A DNA stretch of 64,000 nt, taken from the NCBI GenBank assembly GCA_951406725.2, contig OX597833.1, forward strand, positions 58,776,001-58,840,000, read 5' to 3'. The stretch is from Octopus vulgaris. Lineage: Eukaryota. Shown here one piece after another: positions 12,636 to 24,736 of the stretch. Made by a program: the position numbers and the translations under genes. Under the pieces are notes generated by a model that saw nothing but the letters and a program-made list of their open reading frames with translations, was not told the DNA's origin and ran no database searches. How positions within the stretch are numbered: position 1 is the stretch's first letter; each line of letters starts with the position of its first letter.

Positions 12636-13019
12636 TTGAGATATATGTGTTAGACTCGAAAACAGTGTTGAAATAAAGATTTTTTAAATATAAACAAAAG
12701 ACTAAAGTTGTCAAATAGATTTCATACCTATTTTTTAAACTACTAATAAAAGTATTACTTAAACTTACCGTGAAATGGTCCTTTTTCCATACCGAATTCT
12801 ACTTGGTGAAATTACTAATTACTTCTTAATTGATTAATTTTACCCTTTGTTATTATTTTTTAAACTATTTATTATGACTGCATCAAATATTTGTAATGCC
12901 CTTTTTTTTTTACTGAAATTCTTGTTTGATAAATGACTTATCTCTCTTTTTTCTTTTTCTTTTTCTTTCTTTTTCTCACCTTCTCTCTTCTCTCCGTCGT
13001 TGCCGTTCCGGACTTCCAG

Positions 13020-13287
13020 CATCGCAGGCCTCTATGTTTCTTTTATTCTGTTGATTGCACGCTTCCTTCGCATGGGAACCATCAACATGCATCCGTCAAT
13101 AATGTACCGTGAACTGCCGTTTGTTGACCGAATCCTCAAGCTGAGCCTCGACATTTACCTTGTGCGTGAGATGCATGAGTTCCGTCTGGAAGAAGATCTC
13201 TATGCCAAACTCATTTTCCTCTATCGATCACCAGAAACACTCATTAAGTGGACCCGACGTCGAATCGAAAGCAAAAAGGACAACTAG
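13020..13287 (+). CDS. Piezo: Piezo mechanosensitive channel, terminal coding exon copy A (inner helix + CTD)
   Basis: Long pyrimidine tract and ttccAG (13018-13019), then C|ATC GCA GGC... reads IAGLYVSFILLIARFLRMGTINMHPSIMYRELPFVDRILKLSLDIYLVREMHEFRLEEDLYAKLIFLYRSPETLIKWTRRRIESKKDN* (88 aa). GLYVS, ELP.VD.IL.L..DI.LVRE and LEE.L.AKLIFLYRSPET.I.WT are the Piezo C-terminal signature. The leading C fits completion of the Gly of GYG across a phase-2 intron. Confidence 0.95.
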
Positions 13288-13373
13288 CTTTATTGATATA
13301 ACTGCTCTTATTATTACCATTATTATTATTATTATTATCATTATTATTATTATTAGTAGTAGTATTATTATCG

Positions 13374-13595
13374 AGGCGGTAAGCTGGCAGAATTGTTAGC
13401 GTACAGGACAGAGCTGTTTAGCGGCATTTCGTCTGCCGTTACGTCCTGAGTTCAAATTCCGCCGAGGTCGACTTTGCCTTTCGATCCTTTCAGGGTTGAT
13501 GAAATAAGTACCAGGGGGGAGTGCTGGGGGTCGATTTAATCGATTTACCCCAGCCCCTAAATTTCAGGCCTTGTGCCTAAAGCAGAAAGGATTAT
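13374..13595 (+). mobile_element. Nin-domain SINE in the putative 3' UTR of Piezo exon A
   Basis: Family core present, embedded in (TTA)n. Confidence 0.85.
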
Positions 13596-13875
13596 TACTA
13601 TTATTATCATTATTATCTATTATTATTATTATTATTATCATTATTTTTATTATTATTATTATTATTATTTATCTCAAGCTTTTGCTTGATTGTGCTTTCT
13701 ACCTAATCAACCCCTCTTTCTGAGTAATTTGCTTTATATCTGTTTGATATTTATATCATTGCTCTACAGTTGTATGTGCATTATTTATTACATATCTCTG
13801 CATTATACAGGATTTTTTAATTTTTTATTTTCATAACCCACAAATATATTTTGCTTAAATGTTCCCCAACTTCTT

Positions 13876-13881
13876 AATAAA
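13876..13881 (+). terminator. candidate polyadenylation signal after Piezo exon A
   Basis: AATAAA about 590 nt downstream of the exon A stop. The hexamer is common in AT-rich DNA, so this is weak. Confidence 0.25.
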
Positions 13882-13945
13882 AAAAATATTGTTTACCAAT
13901 GATGTCCGCAGACCTACTTTCACACATTTCTATAGACAAACACAC

Positions 13946-13976
<31 letters not shown>

Positions 13977-14695
13977 TGCACACAAGTGTACACCTATGTA
14001 TCTACACTAATTGCAAACATACACACTCACCTACTTGAATAATCTAACGAGTCTCTGGAGACACACAAAAGATTATCTAACGACATTTTCTGATATTTTA
14101 AAAGATAACGAATTGTAAGGATACAGACAGTACACTGATTAATCCACACACACACACATACACACACACATACACACACATGTATTCATGTACGTTTTTT
14201 TGCAAATATCTGTACGTATTTATGGTTTTAAATGTATTAGTAAATCTATGTGTGTGAAGGGGGAGTATGCACACACACACATGCACGCGCACACACATGT
14301 ATGCGCACAGGCAGACAAACATGCATTACATTCATGTGGAAACCTTGTTTCACTTTCACTTTCTCAAAACTGTTACAACGAACAAAAAAACCCCCACAAA
14401 AACAAAATCGGAAAAATGAACACCAATACCTCCCCCAACACCTCCACTTTGTATTTATTTGCTGTTTCTAATTTATATTTCAGTATTATCTGTAGCACAA
14501 GTATTAATGGCATTATTAGTATTACTACATGTAGTAGTAGTAGCAGTAGTAATTGTTGTAAAAATGTTTTGAATTTCTAACGAAAATACGAAAATGGCTC
14601 AGGATTTTCATAACAACTTAATTGATTTCCTGCCCTCAACCTTTGCTCCTCTACCAATACTATCTCACTGGAAAACTGTCTAGTACATTGTTTAC

Positions 14696-14731
<36 letters not shown>

Positions 14732-15049
14732 CTTTCCATCAAAGAAACCATATTGGTATTACTAATATGGATCTGGCAGAGTGATTAACTTTTCTTCTTT
14801 TTTCCCGTTTTTTTTTTTGGGGGGGGGGTACGGATGGTGGTGTCTATGATTCATGTAGAGCCTTCACTCCCAGGCTGGTGACTGTAGTGGATGTCCAACC
14901 TCAACATCTGCAGGAATGTTTCCTTGTTCCGTGTTCAAACCCCACGAAATGACAACTTTTGTCTTTCATCCTGCTATGGTCGATCAGCTGTACCCCTTTC
15001 CTATAAATTTGTGGCCTTCTACCAATCTTAGAAATCATCATTATTATTA

Positions 15050-15265
15050 AGGTGAAGAACTGGCAGAACCGTTAGCATGCTGGGCAAAATGCTTAGCTGC
15101 ACTTAATCTGTCCTCACGTTCTGAGTTCAAATTCCACCGAGGTCGACTTTGCCTTTCACCCTTTCGGGTTTGATAAATTAAGTACCAGTGGAGTACTGGG
15201 ATCGATGTAATCGACTTAACCCCTCCCCTAAATTTCAGGCCTTGTGCCTATAATAGAAAGGATTA
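15050..15265 (+). mobile_element. Nin-domain SINE
   Basis: Family core present. Confidence 0.85.
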
Positions 15266-15274
15266 TTATTATTA

Positions 15275-15306
<32 letters not shown>

Positions 15307-15373
15307 TTCCTTCTTTCTTCAAATTTTCTTCCGTTTCTCATCGAGTGTTTTCCGTACACCTAGGGCAGAGAAG

Positions 15374-15414
<41 letters not shown>

Positions 15415-15728
15415 AGAGTTCTCATTTCCAAAAGTTTTGTGTCACAAGTAAACATGAGATATACATATCCAGTAGATAACTCTATTTCTGCCTTTCCTAT
15501 AATTATAACAATTCAGTTTTATGTGAATTTTCAGGGCAGTGGACTGGCAAAATTTTTTAAGCATCCAGCAAAAAATTCCTTACACTATTTATTCCAGCTC
15601 TTTTACATTCTGAGTTCAGCTCATTTTTACCTTTTTTTTTTTACCTTCTGGGATTGCTGTGAGGCAGGGGTGGTGTCTATAAAATTAACCACCAGTTTAA
15701 GTAATGAAGTTGATATGATTGACTGACT

Positions 15729-15765
<37 letters not shown>

Positions 15766-16679
15766 AAAATTTCTGCTCCCTGTGCCTATGTTAGAAGTGA
15801 CTACCTTTAATTACTGCAGTCAGTATGGCCAGTAAATTGTGTTACCTGCAGTTTCCTCTTGATGGCCCTGAGCTCCCATCATTACTCAGCATTGTAAATA
15901 GAAAATTATGGTTCAGTTTTCTCCGTAAAAGATGAATATACAATTTGAAAACAAAAAGTTTGTGATCAAAACACATTTTTATTTGTGTCTGTTTTTTTTT
16001 TATAAACCTTTTTCATTTAAACGTGTATTTAAAAAAGAAAAAAAAACAACAAAACAACAACAACACAAAAAACCCCAAAAAACAAATACATGTTCCTCAG
16101 TATTTGCCGTTTGTTTCAGTCTGTTTATGTAGCTGTATTACTGAATTACTAACCAGAAAAACTATATTTAGTGTACTACGTTTTTGTACTTTCTATCATG
16201 TGAACCTTAAATTCTAAATCTGTGTTTTTATATTGAAACCGTTTCCGAATGTGACAGTGTGTCTTATTATCAATGTTCAATTGAGTACTTCGTTCATTCT
16301 GTTTACAAAAAAGCATTACATGGCAGTCTAAGTTTTCCACGCAACCCGTATCACAATCCAAAAGTTGATGTCGTAACGTGATACCTTTTTCTGACAACAC
16401 TTCAGGAGATACTGGAATGTCTCTTATTTCAATCTGATCTCTGATTATATTTAGGTAAATCAGTTTATTCCAATACCATCCAAAATACTTGTGTCTATCA
16501 CATGAACTTCCTGACCTTCTCAATCAGTTGCTGTGCTTCTAGTACTATTATTTCATACTAACTTTATTATTATTATTATTATAAGAATCAAGCTGACGGA
16601 ATTATTATTGCACCAAACAAAATGATTTGTGTGATTTCTTTGGGTGTTTTATATCATGAGTCAAATACAACCATGGTTG

Positions 16680-16880
16680 AGCTGGCAGAATTGTTAGAAA
16701 TGTTTAATGGCATTTCGCCTGTTCTTACAGTCTGAGTTCAAATTCCACCAAGGTCTACTTTACCTTTCATCCTTCTGGGAGGTCAATATAATAAGTACCA
16801 GTTTGAGAACTGGGGTCGATGTAATCAACTTGCCCCACTGCTCTCAAACCTGCTGGCCTTGTGCTAAAATTTGAAACCAT
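16680..16880 (+). mobile_element. Nin-domain SINE (diverged)
   Basis: Family core present. Confidence 0.75.
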
Positions 16881-16898
16881 TATTATTATTGTAATTAC

Positions 16899-16932
<34 letters not shown>

Positions 16933-17254
16933 GATATCGCACAGTATCGTAAGGTTGTTGATTGGCATGTTTCTGTTGATCAGATCGGCTGGAACCCTTG
17001 TCCTCGTAACCAATGGAATCCCAGTTTAGTACTGCAAAGACACATATATCAGTGGTTTGCTAGATTCTTTATATTGTCCAATGATTTCTAAAGCAGAATA
17101 CACTCAAGATGATCATCTTTCGATAAACACATGTCTTTCCAATATTTGTTTTGATTGGTTGTTGTTTGTTGTAATAATTTTCAGAACATGGTATATATTT
17201 TCTATTCTAATTTGGCTGTTGTATTTAAAGTAGTTTGTATATATATATATATAT

Positions 17255-17287
<33 letters not shown>

Positions 17288-17497
17288 CACATATACATAT
17301 ATATATATACATACACATATATATACACATATACATATATATATATATATATATACATACACATATTTATATACATGATGATGATGATGATATACATACA
17401 TATATATACATATATATATGTATTTATGTTTTATATATATATATATGTGTATATATATATATATGTGTGTGTGTATATATATATATGTGTGTGTATG

Positions 17498-17566
<69 letters not shown>

Positions 17567-18394
17567 CTTAATGAAAGCGTTTGTATATTTGTGTTGTTAG
17601 TTAATCCCAGCAGTCAGTTGTATAAGGAAAGTCCCTGTTGTGGAAATATCTGAGGTGGTGGCCAGCAGAGGTAGAAGTGTGCACCAGTGTATCAGTTACA
17701 GTCACTTCTTTTGACTAAACCATCCAATGGCAGTGTGCCAGCTTGGGTCGCAGTCCAATGACCGAAGCAATTAAAATGTGGAAGACACATAGAAATTCAC
17801 AGAATGGGGGGTGATTGCCATAACATAAGCACACGGCAAATTACACGAGCTTATAATCTAATTTTTATTATCAGTTGCAACCATTTACATCTCTGACACT
17901 TTGCTATGAGTCTGCTAATCTCCCAGTAGTGTTTTTCTAAAAAAAAAAAAAGAAAAAAACCCCTGAATTTTATTGGTGTTAACATTCCTTTACTGCTGAT
18001 TGTTTCCAACGAATGGTTTTTTTTTTTTGGTTTTTTAAACATTTATTTCCAATTTTATGGGCTTATCCTGTCTTTTCCTGGTTGTATCGTTGTTGTTGTT
18101 GTTGTTGTTCCTTCTCTGTATTCCCTGATATTCATCACCAATTGTTGTTGTTGTTGTTGTTGGATCGAAAAAAAAACAAAACAAAAACAACAACAAAAAC
18201 CAGATTAAAAGAAAATAATGAAAGGAAATTATGGATTACTATAAAAACAGTTTTTACATTTTTTTAAAAAAAGAAAATTTTTATTTTGCTTTAAACTTGC
18301 CCTACCAACTTACACACACACTCACTCACTCACTCACACACACACACACTCACACACACTCACACATACACACTCACACATACACACTCACACA

Positions 18395-18431
<37 letters not shown>

Positions 18432-18700
18432 TCACACACACCAGTCCTAATGTGCAGCACGTGCGTCTACAGCCTCACATTTCATCTTGGCAGCCAGTCA
18501 TATCAATAATAATAATAATAATAATAATAATAATCATGCAGAGGACCCTACTTTCTTACTCCCAAAGCCCTTATATCTGTTCAGTCCCAAACTGTTCCTA
18601 CCGAGAGGTGTTAACAATTGACGATGAGAATATAACAGAAGTTAGATATTGGCCAGTCTTGTACCTCTTGGTAAACTGTGACATTTCTGGCATCTTTGTG

Positions 18701-18737
<37 letters not shown>

Positions 18738-18766
18738 CTGTGATCAAAAGCAATGCCTAAACAACA

Positions 18767-18819
<53 letters not shown>

Positions 18820-18827
<8 letters not shown>

Positions 18828-18897
18828 GGGTTCAGCAAAAAAATTTGCTTTACCAAATGTGGTAAAGCAAATTTTTTTTGTTGAACCCTAATTATAT
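18820..18897. repeat. near-perfect palindrome (arms about 36 bp, 4-nt loop)
   Basis: TATAATTAGGGTTCAGCAAAAAAATTTGCTTTACCA-aatg-TGGTAAAGCAAATTTTTTTTGTTGAACCCTAATTATA. Confidence 0.95.
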
Positions 18898-18988
18898 AAA
18901 GTAATGTTTAAGTTCACTGTAAATGGTCCTTTTAACATACTGAACACTGCTTGGTAAAATTATTAATTAATTAATTAATTTTACCCTT

Positions 18989-19034
<46 letters not shown>

Positions 19035-20011
19035 CCTAGTGTTTAAGCATTTGCCTTTGATCACAGACAAATGATCTATCTTCTGTTCATATGTTTAGAT
19101 TCCATCAGTATTGAGGTGTTTAATTATGTGTGTGTGTGTGTGTGTGTAAAAAAGTGTGATTGGAATCTTTCTTATTTCCTCCCCTTAATTTCCTTAATTC
19201 TTATCCCACGTTTTTCACTCCTCCTTCTATTTGCTAATCTCACCCTTCAATACTATTACTACTACTATTTCTTGCATGAGTTCTTGCCCTATACTTGGGT
19301 GGAAAGCGGGGGTGGAGTGGGTCGGGGTGTCTTTCCCTGCATTTGTTTTTTTTTTCTCTTTATATTTTCTTCAGCTAAAATATTAAGGTACTTCACCCCC
19401 AAGTACCCGTTTACTTTATAACAGTTTTCTCTCTGTCTCACACTTTGGAAATGATTGGAGTAATTCCTGAACAGGTATTTAAAAGAAGAAACAACAAAAA
19501 AAATGAAATGAAATGAAATATTTGCCTTTAAATGTTTGGATGTATGGGGAACATTTTATGGGTTAACAAAATTTAGAAATATTTTCTGTGTTTTTTTTTT
19601 TTTTTGTTTTTTGTTGTCTACATGATTATTGTATTTTTTTTTTTTTTCCTGAAATAATTTTTTTAAATATTTTTTTCTAAATGTCCAAATGGGGAAATGG
19701 CTCACCATGACATTCTACAACAAAACATGTTTGTATCCAGTGGCAGATGTTTGTATTCTAATTCTTGGACAACGCATCAAAATTTCCTTTACAGAGTTTA
19801 ATTATGACAGGCTAACACTCTCTCTTTTCTTCAGTTTAACCCACTAGAAACTACATTCTGTTCCCCGTTTTTTTTTCCCCTGTTAAAATACACAAGTCTT
19901 TAATGACTTATCCAAGAGGAAGTAGAGACTCTAAAACTGGTACTAAGCATTACAAATCTTGTACTGAACATAAAGAAAAGTTTAGCTTCATAAATACATT
20001 TTAGCCTTTTA

Positions 20012-20152
20012 TTAGGTTGTCCCAAAAGTTCGTAAACACTTGCGAAAATTGAATTTTTACTCGCCAGGTACTAACAAAAACAACAAAAATTATTCCTCAA
20101 AATAAAGACCATTATTTTCCAAGACTTTCTACGAACTTTTGGGACAACCTTA
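20012..20152. mobile_element. Tc1/mariner-type MITE
   Basis: TA|TTAGGTTGTCCCAAAAGTTCGTA ... TACGAACTTTTGGGACAACCTTA|TA. Confidence 0.85.
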
Positions 20153-20580
20153 TATTTATTTGTTCAGCTGTCTGAGAGAGGAGTTGATCTTGGTGTCTAA
20201 CCAGTTCAGAACTCAGATCTCAAAGTTGTTCTCTCTTCTTTCATAGCCGTGTTCCTACCAGCTAAGTGAGGTATGGGACAATTTATTTAGTATCTTACCA
20301 AATTACTGCTACTTTTGATGCAATACAAACTCAAATTCTGCAACCAACTGACTGGCATTTTATTCCCTTGGCCATTGGGACTTCTTTTTTTCTTTTCACA
20401 ATTAATATTCAATATTTTGTTTAATTTTTTTTGTTTAATTTTTTTTTTCATTTTGTTTTTCAATTTTTATATGCTTGAAATTTGTTTTTAGTTTTTCTTA
20501 TGCTTGTGTGTGTTTGTGTGTGTGTTTTCTTTTGCATTCAGGCAATGTTCTTGTCAACCGTAATCTCATCTCTGTTTCAG

Positions 20581-20833
20581 CATAATTGGCCTTTATGTGT
20601 CAATGGTGTTTGTAATCGGACGCTTTGCTCGTATGTTTGTCAGTGAAGTTTCCTTCCGTATCATGTTTATGGAGCTGCCCCGTGTTGACAACATCTTAAA
20701 ACTCTGCTTGGACATCTACCTTGTTCGCGAATGCTCTGATTTAGGTCTCGAAGAGGAACTGTTTGCTAAGCTTATATTTTTGTACCGCTCACCAGAAACC
20801 ATGATCCGATGGACTAAACCAAAATATGACTGA
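20581..20833 (+). CDS. Piezo: Piezo mechanosensitive channel, terminal coding exon copy B (inner helix + CTD)
   Basis: tctctgtttcAG (20579-20580), then C|ATA ATT GGC... reads IIGLYVSMVFVIGRFARMFVSEVSFRIMFMELPRVDNILKLCLDIYLVRECSDLGLEEELFAKLIFLYRSPETMIRWTKPKYD* (83 aa). Same signature and same phase-2 start as copy A. Confidence 0.95.
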
Positions 20834-20940
20834 AATATCCTCCCACAACATCCTGTCACTGCTCTCTCTATACTCAAGAAGTCTCTCTACACTATTTTGT
20901 TTTTACGAGATAAATGTATATACTCTGTATTTATTTCACG

Positions 20941-21566
20941 AAATATATGTATATAATATATACTTATACATACCCTCAAACTCCATACACTGAAAAAGTT
21001 ATGTAAAAATTCTGAAACTTGTAAGGTTGTATACTTTGATATTAAGAAGATGCAGGTTCAATTTCAGACCCATTCTCTTAACATTTTTTTTTTCTGTTTG
21101 TTTTAAACATACACACTCTCACTGTGTGTGTGTGTACACAAACAGACATACATACATACATGGATTGATTGATTGATTGATAGATAGATAAATAGATGAT
21201 TAATTCAATAATTGTTATATTTAAATTAGCTATTTCTGAACTAAAATATATGTATATAATATATACTTATACATACCCTCAAACTCCATACACTGAAAAA
21301 GTTATGTAAAAATTCTGAAAATTGTAAGGTTGTATACTTTGATATTAAGAAGATGCAGGTTCAATTTCAGACTAATTCTCTTAACATATTTTTTTTCTGT
21401 TTATTAGTGGTTTATATGTTTTAAACATACACACTCTCACTCTGTGTGTGTGTGTGTACACAAACAGACATACATACATACATAGATTGATTGATTGATT
21501 GATAGATAGATGAATAGATGATTAATTCAATAATTGTTATATTTAAATTAGCTATTTCTGAACTAA
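20941..21566 (+). repeat. tandem duplication of about 300 bp downstream of Piezo exon B
   Basis: 20941-21243 is repeated at 21244-21566 with a few substitutions and an indel of about 15 nt. Confidence 0.95.
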
Positions 21567-21727
21567 AAGGGAAGAATAAGAAGTGTGTTTCTACTTTGAT
21601 GTAGCTGTTGTGGTTTAAGTACTGGTCAATGTGGATCAAGTAGAACTATAAGCAAAGGTATTCCAGTTGCGTGACCATCCTCCCTCTGACTTAGTATATC
21701 CAAGATTACCCTAATTAAATATATTAA

Positions 21728-21946
21728 CCCTTTAGTGTTCTGATTATTCTATCAAACATAATGCTAATTGATTCCCATTGATTTGAATTAATTATGCATT
21801 ATCTCATATCTTTAAGATCTTGATGGTGTAATTACTTAATGTAGAATAACATTGTAGGGTAGGTGTGAGAGCCTGGATCTGGTCAGTTTGAACATAAAAC
21901 AAATTAAATATTTTGGCCAGGTATGGCCAGTTTAAATACTAAAGGG
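21728..21946. mobile_element. piggyBac-type MITE
   Basis: TTAA|CCCTTTAGTGTT...AATACTAAAGGG|TTAA. Confidence 0.85.
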
Positions 21947-22112
21947 TTAAATATATTCTTCCTTTGATTTAGGATGGGAGACTGTGAATTGAGGAAAGAA
22001 ATTGGTTTCTATTTCTAGCATGTATGTAGTTGGTGCTTGACCCTTGAGTGTAATGTTGCAGATACAGATTATCCCTTAAGTATTATATCTGTATTTATTT
22101 TATAAAATGATA

Positions 22113-22118
22113 AATAAA
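22113..22118 (+). terminator. candidate polyadenylation signal after Piezo exon B
   Basis: AATAAA about 1.3 kb after the exon B stop, with another at 22758-22763. Cannot be ranked without RNA data. Confidence 0.2.
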
Positions 22119-23178
22119 AGAGACAAGTCGGCTATTTAAAATATAAGGATGAGAGTGGCAAAAGTTGAGAGATTGGAATCAATGTGTCAGGCATTGACCA
22201 GGAAGGATGGATTTGATTTCATTGATTCTTTTAGTTTTGTAGTAGTTTCTCATTTGACACACACATACACACACACACACAGTTGTTAGAATATATTGTA
22301 ATTATAAAATGAAAATTTTTTTTTTTAAGCTGTAAAGCTGAAACTGCCATCTTGTTTTTTTTTTTTTAACATTCTTGAGTTATTTTGACTGTTGTTTTGA
22401 AAGTGAAGTGTTGTTCATTTTTCATTTTCTGCTGAGAACATAAGTCTGAAACCCCGTCATTGTTCCCATATCAACATCACTTTATCTCTCTCATACTGGG
22501 CGACTCCAACCACTTTGTCATATTCTCCAAACACCACTCCCCCCCCTGGCAAAAGATGGAGTTTATAACAGTCATAACTTCAATGTTTAATGGGGGGGGG
22601 TGGTGGGTTTATAATCTGTCTTATTGTTTGAGATGGTAACTACATATGTGTGTGTGTGTGTGTGTCTTCATTATCCTTTCCAACGTTTCCTTAGCAACAG
22701 TATTAGAGAGTAGGGGCTTGAAGCATGTGTGTGTGTGTGTGTGTGTGTGAGTGTGGAAATAAAATGGAAAATCTTTAAAGTGTTTGACAGAATGTCATTG
22801 TTTTACTGTCTGAGAGAAAAATGTCAGATGTGAGTCAATATACTTTTTCTCTTAAAGAAGCCACTTTTCTACATTTTGAGAGGTAATGGATGGCTTGAGG
22901 TACAAATGAAAAACTAGGATAAAAAATTTATTCCCTGTAAATGTCCTCCTGTTCCCAGTAATGATTTTATATTCATATTTACTGGACCACAGCTCCCTAC
23001 AACATTCAATGATTATTGTTCCTTCTTCAGACAACAATGTTAGATCTGTTGTGTTTATTCCAGATACATATTTTATTGGTGGGATTTGCAATTTCTTATT
23101 TTAAGTATATGAATAAATTGCATGTCTGTGATATCTATGGGGGGGAGGTGAAGGAGGACTGTGACATTGCGGTGTCAA

Positions 23179-23415
23179 GGCGGCGAGTTGGCAGAATCGT
23201 TAGCATGCCCGGGCAAAATGCTTAATGGTATTTCGTCTGCTGTTACGTTCTGAGTTCAAATTCCACCGAGGTCGACTTTGCCTTTCATCCTTTCGGGGTT
23301 GATAAATTAAGTACCAGTTATGCACTGGGGTCGATATAAACAACTTAATCACTTTGTCTGTCCTTGTTTGTCTCCTCTGTGTTTAGCCCCTGGTGGGTAG
23401 TAAAGACATAGGTAT
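23179..23415 (+). mobile_element. Nin-domain SINE
   Basis: GGCGGCGAGTTGGCAGAATCGTTAGC head plus core. Confidence 0.9.
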
Positions 23416-24702
23416 TTGATATTCTTTATTATAGTCTGTAGCAAAGTATCATTGTACTGATAACTATTCTAGTATCTGATAATGTTAATACTGATCAATA
23501 ATTTCTATTACAACTTGATTATGCATACACTAATTATCAGCTAATTAGTACTTGGTTGGCCAGGGCATATCCTTCTAATGTGAGATATGTACTGTATCTA
23601 TCACAGACACCAATGGGGTTTCCTATTCCTGCTTTAAATACTATGTACCTTTGTGTTATTTTTATTTTTAATTGAGGCTCAACGTTTCTTTGTTTTGTTG
23701 TGCAAATGCGTTACCCAGTTCATTTGCTCTTGTTCTTCTTAAATGCTCTTTACTTACTCAGCTGGATAATATTTCACAAACTATTTCTGTAAGCTAGTTA
23801 GCTCGGGGGAGATATTCAGAGGTATGCCTTTTGTTTAAGGCATCTGAAATTGGAGGTAAACAATGGTCCTATGTTGTGACTTACTCACTGAGGGCCTTAG
23901 ATAGTTGGCGGCCATTGACATCATAGTTGTTCCATGCAACTGAATATTGTCATTGTAACTAGTTGCTATTGCTTTAATTCCATTGCCTCTCACATTACCT
24001 TACATTACAGCTCAATTGTACAACGTTAATACTTTCTGCTCACAGCTGCAGATGTACCAAACCCTTATTTTGGGGTGTATATATATGTGTAGTCTAAGTG
24101 GAGAATAATGATATTCCAGAGTGGAAAGGGATAAAAATCACGTGAAAGAGTATCTAGGCAGGTCTTCCTAGAAGTGGTTCCATTTGGCAAGGATTGTTCA
24201 GAGCGTATAGAGGGAGCTTTGTGAAAAATATATAAATAGGAGGATTGTATGAAAAGCTGTGTTGTGTAAGAGATTTGAAGCTTTGTCTAAGAAAGGTCGT
24301 GTGAAGATGATGATATTTATGAGAAAGGATTTCTGTATGATCAAGTAATTTGTGAGTGTTGGATGAGGTCTGTATTACAATATGGCAATGGATGTATAAA
24401 CTGTATATAATTTTATATTCAAACTTTGCTAATTAAATAGTTAAACTCATCACTGAATTTCATTATATATATATTATCAAAAAAAAAAATCATATGTATA
24501 TATAATTAAAAAATCATATATATATATAATTTTAAAAAATCATATATATATAATTAAAAAAAATTATATATATATATATATAATTAAAAATATATATATA
24601 TAATAAAAAAAATCATATATTATTAAAAAAATTATATATATATATATACTATCAAACAAAAATCATATATATACTGTATATATATATGTATATTATCAAA
24701 GG

Positions 24703-24736
<34 letters not shown>

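Noticed and set aside
20540-20580. Alternative upstream acceptor (ttcAG at 20540-20541) for exon B
   Set aside because: It is in frame (39 nt) but contains TAA at 20561-20563, so it cannot extend the protein.
13000-20833. The two Piezo ORFs as separate single-exon genes or two full tandem paralogues
   Set aside because: The ORF-track starts are TTG/GTG codons, not ATG. Homology begins exactly at AG acceptors, and there is no room or exon evidence for a second full gene between them.
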